Below, piece by piece: positions 1-6,024 of a stretch of DNA of 6,860 bases (position 1 is its first letter; every line of letters begins with the position of its first letter). The position numbers and the translations under genes were made by a program. Source of the DNA: Candidatus Helarchaeota ASGARD archaeon Hel_GB_B (GTDB taxonomy: Archaea; Asgardarchaeota; Lokiarchaeia; Helarchaeales; HEL-GB-B); NCBI GenBank assembly GCA_005191425.1, contig SUPR01000142.1, positions 1 through 6,860 on the forward strand, in the 5' to 3' direction. A model generated the notes under the pieces. It was not told the origin of the DNA, did not search any database, and saw nothing but the letters and a program-made list of their open reading frames with translations.

Positions 1-56
1 TTCACTTCAATTGAAATGTTTTGAAAAAATCTACTTTGTTTAGGAATAATTATCAC
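1..56 (-). CDS. Possible 5' end of a gene running off the left edge (GTG at 56 or ATT at 47; M-I-I-I-P-K-Q-S-R-F-F-Q-N-I-S-I-E-V...)
   Basis: The minus frame is open from 56 to the edge (18 codons) after an in-frame TAG at 60-62. GGATGTGA (53-60) matches the archaeal SD GGAGGTGA at 7/8 positions. Too short to assign a product. Confidence 0.3.
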   Translation of the reverse strand, partial: MIIIPKQSRFFQNISIEV

Positions 57-447
57 ATCCTAAATTATATCTACCTAGCTGAATCCTTCTATTGTATATA
101 AATGTCTTTTGGTATGGGTAGAAGGAAGAATTCTATTATAATTATTGAAGTAAATAATAGATACCAGCAGGAATTCCAGTAAGGGTCGACAAATACCTAT
201 TTTATTGGCTCAAACCTTAAAGTTGATTTTAAAATACAATTGTGAAACCAAAAAAGTCTTTTTAAATTGATACTAATAATAAAAGGGACTATAACAAATT
301 TCACTTATATATTTTTGTCGGGCAATGGAATTGAAAAAATCTCTAAATTTCAGAAAAATATATAAAAAAAATAAATATTTAAAAATCAAAAAATTCAAAA
401 AATATTATCTAATAAAAATAAAAAGAAAATTAATAGTGAAAAAAAAA

Positions 448-849
448 ATGGCTGGAGAAGCTCTTTGGGATGGCTGGGAAGATCCCACCCAGACTTTAAA
501 TAAATTTGCATGGATTTTAACACTTGTTGGCGGAGCAGTTGAAATTATCTTTGGAATAATGTCGTTTATTACATTTATGTTATTATTAAATCCATTAAGC
601 GCTATAAGTACATTAGTAACTTCCATAATTTTTGGCGGTATAGCAATTGTAGGTGCAATATTACTTATCCCTATTAGTAAAAAGATAAAGGAAAAAGATT
701 ATGAAAATGTCAATTCAGTAATGCTTTTTATCAGTGCGATAATGGCAGCAATTGGTGTATGGTATTTCTTCTGGGCAATTCCACATTTATTAATTGCTAT
801 ATTCTTCTGTATTCTATCGGAATACGGTTGGCCAGCAAAAGGTAAATGA
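448..849 (+). CDS. Uncharacterised small integral membrane protein (133 aa, 3-4 TM helices)
   Basis: Begins MAGEALWDGWEDP, followed by hydrophobic segments FAWILTLVGGAVEIIFGIMSFITFMLLL, LSAISTLVTSIIFGGIAIVGAILLIPI and VMLFISAIMAAIGVWYFFWAIPHLLIAIFFCIL. ATG 448 is 8 nt after an SD-like AGTGA. The Lys-rich 41-aa extension from 325 is translation of A-rich intergenic DNA. An in-frame GTG at 436 is an alternative start. Confidence 0.8.
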   Translation: MAGEALWDGWEDPTQTLNKFAWILTLVGGAVEIIFGIMSFITFMLLLNPLSAISTLVTSIIFGGIAIVGAILLIPISKKIKEKDYENVNSVMLFISAIMAAIGVWYFFWAIPHLLIAIFFCILSEYGWPAKGK

Positions 850-870
850 ATATAATTCTTAAATTAAAAA

Positions 871-884
871 TTTTTTATTTTTTT
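871..884 (+). terminator. Oligo-T tract, candidate archaeal terminator of the membrane-protein gene
   Basis: TTTTTTATTTTTTT begins 21 nt after the TGA at 847-849. The local background is very AT-rich. Confidence 0.45.
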
Positions 885-1052
885 ATTATCATCTCAATTT
901 ATATTTATTAAGATAGGAATTATAAAAATATTAAAGAAATGATAAGATAATTCAAAAGACAGTGATTTTAGTTAGAGTTATTACTTAAAATTAATTAATA
1001 TAAAAAAATTCTATTTTTAAAACCTTTAATTTTTAAATTGATTTTTAATTTT

Positions 1053-1060
1053 AAAAAAAA
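1053..1060 (-). terminator. T8 tract directly after the nuclease stop, candidate end of the operon transcript
   Basis: A8 on the plus strand lies 2 nt beyond the TAA at 1063-1065, in the convergent intergenic region 850-1062. Confidence 0.4.
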
Positions 1061-1062
1061 TT

Positions 1063-2091
1063 TTATTTAGAGACTGATTTAATGGGTAATGCAATAGATT
1101 GGATGTGCAGGTTTTTTTCTATTTCTTTACAGAATTCCTGAGCAGATCCAAATCTGAAATTGTCCGTTATAACAAATTTAGGTTGTATTATTTCTATGTA
1201 TTTCATAAGATCATTAAAATCTGCATGAGCGCTCATTGCAATTGAGTAATGGTTTTTTCCAATTTTTATTGAAGGTTTTTTAAAAATCCAACCGCTTAAA
1301 TCAATTTTAAAAGAATTTTTTAGTATAAATTGTTTTTCTAATAGAATATTGGACGAATCTACGAATCCAATAAAATTTTTTGATTTTAGAATTTCAGCAC
1401 CTTGGTCTGAATCAAACGAAAAATATTCACCTATATTTCGTCCGAATTTCTCGTAGATTTTGGCTAATTTTAAACTATTATTGGACAATAAAAAAGGTAA
1501 ATGGATAGACATTTCATTGAATAACAAGTCCATAGTTTCTTGTATTTTTCCTTGATGAGTAAAAATATAAATTGGTAAGTTCTTTTTGAGTGTATCATTT
1601 ATTAAATTAAAAATAGTTTCATAAATTAATTCTTGGGGTGGTCTTATATTGGATTTGCTACCATAAGTAGCATCGATTATCAATATATCAATATTAGAAG
1701 GGATTTCTGTTTTAGGAGTAAGTAAAAAGTCACTGGAATATAAGATATGATAGCCATCAATTGAAACTAAAACCTGAGAGCTTCCTAATACATGATCTGC
1801 GGGCAAAAATTCAACTTTATAATTATCATATTTGAATGGCTTGTGAAAATCTAAAATTTTTACATTATCAATTTTAATTTTTTGATAAAATAAATTAATC
1901 AATTCAAGGGTTGGAGCAGTCATTAAACAAATATTTGGTCTAATCCATGATTTCAATAGCCCGAAAATATGGTCTTGGTGAAAATGAGAAATTATTCCAA
2001 TTTTTTGGTAAAGGAAGCCATCGCAACATATATCACTAAGTTCGATAGTACCATTTAAAGCAATATTTCCATATTTTAATAATGTATTAAT
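1063..2091 (-). CDS. MBL-fold metallo-hydrolase, short beta-CASP nuclease (SNM1/Artemis-like or Ysh1/COG1236-like), about 342 aa with a probable ATT start
   Basis: The frame is open upstream of the called TTG (1956) up to a TAA at 2110-2112. The extension contains CCDG (motif 1) and SHFHQDH (HxHxDH, 1969-1986). Downstream are ADHVLGS (motif 3), YSSDF (motif 4), IDATYG (motif A) and SAHAD (motif B). The start position is inferred from the SD AGGTGA at 2099-2104. Confidence 0.85.
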   Translation of the reverse strand: MNTLLKYGNIALNGTIELSDICCDGFLYQKIGIISHFHQDHIFGLLKSWIRPNICLMTAPTLELINLFYQKIKIDNVKILDFHKPFKYDNYKVEFLPADHVLGSSQVLVSIDGYHILYSSDFLLTPKTEIPSNIDILIIDATYGSKSNIRPPQELIYETIFNLINDTLKKNLPIYIFTHQGKIQETMDLLFNEMSIHLPFLLSNNSLKLAKIYEKFGRNIGEYFSFDSDQGAEILKSKNFIGFVDSSNILLEKQFILKNSFKIDLSGWIFKKPSIKIGKNHYSIAMSAHADFNDLMKYIEIIQPKFVITDNFRFGSAQEFCKEIEKNLHIQSIALPIKSVSK

Positions 2092-2098
2092 AAAAAAT

Positions 2099-2104
2099 TC
2101 ACCT
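2099..2104 (-). promoter_or_regulatory. Shine-Dalgarno site AGGTGA for the beta-CASP gene
   Basis: Exact 6-nt match to the archaeal SD consensus GGAGGTGA, 7 nt before an in-frame ATT (2091-2089). Confidence 0.6.
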
Positions 2105-2125
2105 TTTAATTAGCTTTTTAACTAT

Positions 2126-2623
2126 TTACTCTTTTATAGTAAAATTATTTGAACTGTTCTTAACAATTCTTTTTAATTTTTTGCGTAATTTTAGTAATTG
2201 TTCTTGAGCAATAATATCATTTGGGTCAATTTTCAGGACAATATTTAATGCTTCAATAGATTTTTCAATTTCACCAATTTTATTAATGACCACTGCCATA
2301 TTAAACCAAGCATCAGTATAATTATTGTCAAGTTCTATAGCTTTTTTAAAATAATTAAAGGCTTTTCTGTATTCATTAATAATACCATAGGTGATACCAG
2401 CATTTACTAATGTGAATGGCATTGGTCTTATTGCTATTGATTTTTCAAATGAATTTATTGCTTCATCATATCGTTTAAGTTGTTGTAAAATTACACCAAT
2501 ATTATATAATATGATAGGGTCATCTGGGAAATTCTCTAATTCTTTTTGAAATTTTTTTAATGCTTCATTATATTTACAGGTTAGAGCAAGAGAATATCCA
2601 CCGATATTATCAATATTTTCCAT
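2126..2623 (-). CDS. Tetratricopeptide-repeat protein (about 4 TPRs plus capping helix, 165 aa)
   Basis: Recurring 33-34 aa units: PIILYNIGVILQQLKRYDEAINSFEKSIAIRPM, PFTLVNAGITYGIINEYRKAFNYFKKAIELDNNY and TDAWFNMAVVINKIGEIEKSIEALNIVLKIDPND, plus a partial N-terminal repeat. Starts 13 nt after the beta-subunit stop, with AAGGA upstream. Confidence 0.9.
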   Translation of the reverse strand: MENIDNIGGYSLALTCKYNEALKKFQKELENFPDDPIILYNIGVILQQLKRYDEAINSFEKSIAIRPMPFTLVNAGITYGIINEYRKAFNYFKKAIELDNNYTDAWFNMAVVINKIGEIEKSIEALNIVLKIDPNDIIAQEQLLKLRKKLKRIVKNSSNNFTIKE

Positions 2624-2636
2624 TTACAATCCTTCA

Positions 2637-3545
2637 TTATGCAAATGAATTTTCATATTCTTGAAATTTTTTGTCAATCTCTTCTTGTATTCTTCTAATA
2701 GCATTGTTAGATAATGTATTAAATCTTTTTTGTGCTCTAAAATAGTCAACGACTGGTTTTCGTTTAATTTTTCCTTGTACAATTTTCATTGTTATATTAT
2801 TTAAAGTGAATTTTCCATTGATAATCTCATATAAGTCCCAAATACCTGTTTCAGTCCCAAGTTTTCCAATTTTGATTAAATCTTGAGGTTCAAACCCCCA
2901 GCCAGGTGGACATGGACTAAATATATGAATGTACCGAGTATCACCTTTAAATTCATCTTTAGCTCGTCTAAATTTCTGAAAAAGATCGATAGGATATACT
3001 GCATTAGCTGTTGCAACATAGGGTATTCCGTGAGCTGCCATTATCTTAGGCATATTTTTACGTCTTTGCTTCTTTCCTGAAGGAGTTGTGGTGGTATATG
3101 CACCAAAAGGAGTGGAGCCACTTCTTTGTGTCCCTGTATTCATGTATGCTTCATTATCATAGCATGCATAAATAATATCAGTCCCTCTTTCAGCTGCGCC
3201 AGATAGTGATTGAATTCCTATATCTGTAGTTCCACCATCGCCAGCCCAAGCCAGTACAGTAATGTCTTTTTTACCTAGAATGTTCAGTGCTGCCCTGATC
3301 CCACTAGCCGATGCACCAGTTGATTCAAATGCTGTATTTAACATGGGCAAATTAACAGCTGCACATGGGTACATACCATGAAGCACTGTAGAACAAGAAG
3401 CTGGAACAGTGATTATGGTATTTTTACCAAGAGCTTTTAGCGCAAATCTATATGCTAACGATAAACCACAGCCACTACAAGCTCTGGTACCGGAAAGAAT
3501 AAATTCTTCCTCGGGGATATCCTTAGGTTTTAAAATTTTGCTCAT
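2637..3545 (-). CDS. porB: 2-oxoacid:ferredoxin oxidoreductase beta subunit (PorB/VorB family, TPP-binding)
   Basis: ACSGCG, PASCS and SPCPPGW supply four Fe-S Cys ligands. TPP motif WAGDGGTTDIG...YDNEAYMNTGTQRS. SD GGAGG lies 8 nt upstream. Confidence 0.95.
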   Translation of the reverse strand: MSKILKPKDIPEEEFILSGTRACSGCGLSLAYRFALKALGKNTIITVPASCSTVLHGMYPCAAVNLPMLNTAFESTGASASGIRAALNILGKKDITVLAWAGDGGTTDIGIQSLSGAAERGTDIIYACYDNEAYMNTGTQRSGSTPFGAYTTTTPSGKKQRRKNMPKIMAAHGIPYVATANAVYPIDLFQKFRRAKDEFKGDTRYIHIFSPCPPGWGFEPQDLIKIGKLGTETGIWDLYEIINGKFTLNNITMKIVQGKIKRKPVVDYFRAQKRFNTLSNNAIRRIQEEIDKKFQEYENSFA

Positions 3546-3548
3546 TAT

Positions 3549-4781
3549 CTAATCCTCCATATCGATATTAATCCATTCAGGCTTTTTATCAATCTGACCT
3601 TTTAATATCATTTCACACGATTTTTTTGTAGCTGAGGCTATTTGTTCGGCAGTAATATTTCTACCACCAATTCCTGCAATATAATTATGAACTGGAATGT
3701 CAAAATGAGCAGAGTATAAAGTGCTTTTCAAATCGGTGCAAACGGCTCCTTCATATCCATAACTTAAATTTCGGTCAAAAACAATTATTCCTTTTATGTC
3801 TGGATGTTTAGTAATAAATTCTATTAAATCATCTCTTGGAAAAGGTCGGTATAATTTTAAGTTTATTAATCCAACTTTGAAACCTTGTTTTCTTAATAAA
3901 TCTGCGGAAATGCGCGCTTCACATGCAAGCGTTCCTATTCCAAATATAATGAATTCTGCATCATCACACAAATATTCTTTATAGATCCCATAATATCGCC
4001 CAAATTTATCGCCAAATTCCTTATCAATCTTTTTGAATTTTTCAGGTACTTTTAAAAGAGATTGTTGTAATGCATATCTAAATTCAGGATAAGCTCCCAT
4101 TTTTTCAATTCCAGGTTTGTCAGGGTCGTGTCTTATCCATGGAAAAGTAACCAGATTGACAATACATGGGTCATTAGGGTCTAAATGTGTATGGGGCTTA
4201 TAAGGAGGTAAGAATTCTTTAATTAAATTAGAGTCGTCTATAGTTTCTACAGGCATCATTGTGTGTGATAAGATATATCCATCAAAACAGACCATTACGG
4301 GAGCATAAATTTCCGGGTCTTCACCAAGTTTATAGGCTTGGATAATAGTATCGTATATTTCTTGGTTATCTTCGCAGTATAATTGAACCCAACCAGTATC
4401 ACGTTGGCTAATGGAGTCTTGTTCGTCAGTCCATACATTCCATGGCGCTGCGGGAGCTCTATTTGCGCAAGCAAGTACAATTGGAAGCCGAGATCCAGCA
4501 GCCCAATGAAGTTGCTCATGCATCAGACAAAGACCATTTGCAGAACTTGCTGTAAAAACTCGAGCTCCTGTTGTTGATGCAGCAATACAAACAGTAATAG
4601 CTGAATGCTCACTTTCAACTCGTACAAATTCAGCATTTAGTTTTCCATCATCGACAAATCGGGACAATCGTTCTACAATAGGACTTTGAGGAGTTATTGG
4701 ATAGGCAGCAATTACTTGGACACCTACATCTTTACATGCATTAGCTGCAGCGTGGTTTCCATTTAATAACAATTTTGCCAT
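3549..4781 (-). CDS. porA: 2-oxoacid:ferredoxin oxidoreductase alpha subunit (PorA/VorA family), 410 aa
   Basis: Motifs GNHAAA, AAYPITPQS, ESEHSA, NRAPAAPW, QRDTGW, YRPFP and GIGGR. The true start MAKLLLNG is at ATG 4781, 9 nt after SD GGAGG. The track's extension to 4949 overlaps the delta subunit. Confidence 0.95.
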   Translation of the reverse strand: MAKLLLNGNHAAANACKDVGVQVIAAYPITPQSPIVERLSRFVDDGKLNAEFVRVESEHSAITVCIAASTTGARVFTASSANGLCLMHEQLHWAAGSRLPIVLACANRAPAAPWNVWTDEQDSISQRDTGWVQLYCEDNQEIYDTIIQAYKLGEDPEIYAPVMVCFDGYILSHTMMPVETIDDSNLIKEFLPPYKPHTHLDPNDPCIVNLVTFPWIRHDPDKPGIEKMGAYPEFRYALQQSLLKVPEKFKKIDKEFGDKFGRYYGIYKEYLCDDAEFIIFGIGTLACEARISADLLRKQGFKVGLINLKLYRPFPRDDLIEFITKHPDIKGIIVFDRNLSYGYEGAVCTDLKSTLYSAHFDIPVHNYIAGIGGRNITAEQIASATKKSCEMILKGQIDKKPEWINIDMED

Positions 4782-4785
4782 ATTT

Positions 4786-5106
4786 TCATTCCTCCTTAAA
4801 AGTTGATTCTTCAATAGCTGTAAGAGCACCTGTGGGACAGTTAGAAACGCAGACCAGACACCCTTTACAATAGGTATAATCAATTTTTGGTGGTACGGTT
4901 TTTGAAATACACGCTTCCGGACAATATAACCAACATAAAAGACATACAAGATCGTTTTTCTTTACTGCAGTACATTTTTTTTCATTTAAAACTGGTCTAT
5001 GTATCCGCCAAGAACCTGTATTTCCAGCTTCGCCAATTACTGGATATGATACAGATGAAATGGGCCTTTTTCGTTGTTTAAATTTAAAATTTGACATAAT
5101 TTTCAT
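4786..5106 (-). CDS. porD: 2-oxoacid:ferredoxin oxidoreductase delta subunit (2x[4Fe-4S] ferredoxin-like)
   Basis: N-terminal GNTGSWRIHRPV typical of PorD. Cys motifs C-x9-CLLCWLYCP and CKGCLVCVSNCP. ATGA overlap with the gamma stop. An alternative ATG is at 5097. Confidence 0.92.
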   Translation of the reverse strand: MKIMSNFKFKQRKRPISSVSYPVIGEAGNTGSWRIHRPVLNEKKCTAVKKNDLVCLLCWLYCPEACISKTVPPKIDYTYCKGCLVCVSNCPTGALTAIEESTFKEE

Positions 5107-5660
5107 TCCAATTTCGTTTGTTTATATGTTTTTTCAGCAGCTAGAGCATTAATTCCACCATCAGACGGGAATTTCGCTGAAATAAGTTTTTTAATATTAT
5201 CAAGTGTTGTAATTTTAAGTATTTTAATAATTGCTCCAAGTATTGGAGTATTTAGAACTAATGAACCTGAAGAATAAAGATTTAATCCTTCTGCAATAGA
5301 TGTTACATCTATTGTATAAACTTTAAGTGAATTGAATCCTAATGATCCTTTATCTTTTTTTGAATTGATTATTATAATTCCCTCTTTTTTTAATCCAGAT
5401 GTTACATCAGCTGATTTAATAAGTGTATCATCTAAGATTATAACAACATCTGGATTGATAATTTGGCTTCGACGGTAAATTTTATTATCAGAAATTCTTG
5501 TTGATGCCATAATTGGGGCCCCACGTCTTTCTGCCCCAAAAGATGGGGATGCAGTAGCATATTTACCTTCATATAGATATGCAGCCTCCGCTAATATTTG
5601 AGCAGCAGTGATGGCACCTTGGCCACCTCTACCATGCCATCTAATTTCGAGTAATACCAT
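5103..5660 (-). CDS. porG: 2-oxoacid:ferredoxin oxidoreductase gamma subunit (PorC/PorG family)
   Basis: EIRWHGRGGQGAITAA, FGAERRGAP and NTPILGA motifs. First gene of the gamma-delta-alpha-beta cluster. SD-like TGTGA lies 6 nt upstream. Confidence 0.95.
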   Translation of the reverse strand: MVLLEIRWHGRGGQGAITAAQILAEAAYLYEGKYATASPSFGAERRGAPIMASTRISDNKIYRRSQIINPDVVIILDDTLIKSADVTSGLKKEGIIIINSKKDKGSLGFNSLKVYTIDVTSIAEGLNLYSSGSLVLNTPILGAIIKILKITTLDNIKKLISAKFPSDGGINALAAEKTYKQTKLE

Positions 5661-5685
5661 CTTTTATCACATTGTTATTTATTTT

Positions 5686-5699
5686 ATTATAATATTTCG
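5686..5699 (-). promoter_or_regulatory. Candidate BRE/TATA (CGAAAT-ATTATAATA) for the oxidoreductase operon
   Basis: Minus strand reads tcgaaatattataataaa, ending about 26 nt upstream of the ATG at 5660. Spacing is plausible, but specificity is low in AT-rich DNA. Confidence 0.3.
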
Positions 5700-5996
5700 A
5701 ATGATTTGATATTAAAATATTAAGAAATCGTGGTTTCTAAATTGATGTATTAGAATTTCAATATTTTTATTTCATTTTTAATTAGAATTATTTATTTATT
5801 TCTATTTGATTCAATTTTTAAAAATTAGGTAAATTTTGGCATTTAAATTTTATTTTTAAGCGAAAAAATATCTTTTTTTTAATTTTATTAAACTGAAATT
5901 GAGGTTATTGAAATCGCTCTATATTATCATTAATTATTATACGACATATCTTAAATGTATTTTTTTCATGTTATTCAATATTAAATTTTAATTAGC

Positions 5997-6019
5997 AAAA
6001 AAATAAAAAATTCGAATTT
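5997..6019 (-). terminator. 12-bp palindrome plus oligo-T tract after the GTPase gene
   Basis: AAATTCGAATTT (6008-6019, perfect palindrome) starts 5 nt after the TAA and runs into TTTTTTATTTTTTT on the minus strand (6010-5997). Confidence 0.5.
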
Positions 6020-6024
6020 GTCCA

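Noticed and set aside
90-305. Minus-strand frame of about 35 codons + TAG + about 35 hydrophobic codons (possible pyrrolysine or readthrough), and a 26-aa plus-strand ORF at 102-182
   Set aside because: No SD or recognisable motif, and such lengths are expected by chance in AT-rich DNA. No other evidence of recoding in the window.
325-447. 41-aa Lys-rich N-terminal extension of the membrane protein
   Set aside because: It is low-complexity K/I/Y/N translation of A-rich intergenic DNA. An SD-like site and protein-like composition begin at 436-448.
405-626. 73-aa minus-strand ORF
   Set aside because: Antisense shadow of the membrane-protein gene, with no recognisable features.
850-1062. Short TTTTTAA and GATAAGATA repeats in the convergent intergenic region, as a possible array or MITE
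   Set aside because: No constant repeat-spacer periodicity, terminal inverted repeats or target-site duplication. Explained by extreme AT content and terminator tracts.
2634-2639. Tandem TAA-TGA after the beta subunit, and the TAG/TGA stops of the other subunits, as possible Sec/Pyl recoding
   Set aside because: All subunits are full length at these stops and the next gene starts immediately. No SECIS-like hairpin was seen.
2883-3080. 65-aa plus-strand ORF
   Set aside because: Antisense to the conserved beta subunit.
3796-3984. 62-aa plus-strand ORF
   Set aside because: Antisense to the conserved alpha subunit.
4295-4519. 74-aa minus-strand alternative-frame ORF
   Set aside because: Nested out of frame in the alpha subunit, with no motif or RBS.
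4383-4577. 64-aa plus-strand ORF
   Set aside because: Antisense shadow of the alpha subunit.
4782-4949. 56-aa N-terminal extension of the alpha subunit
   Set aside because: It overlaps the delta subunit in another frame. Family similarity and the SD GGAGG point to ATG 4781.
4887-5081. 64-aa plus-strand ORF
   Set aside because: Antisense shadow of the delta subunit.
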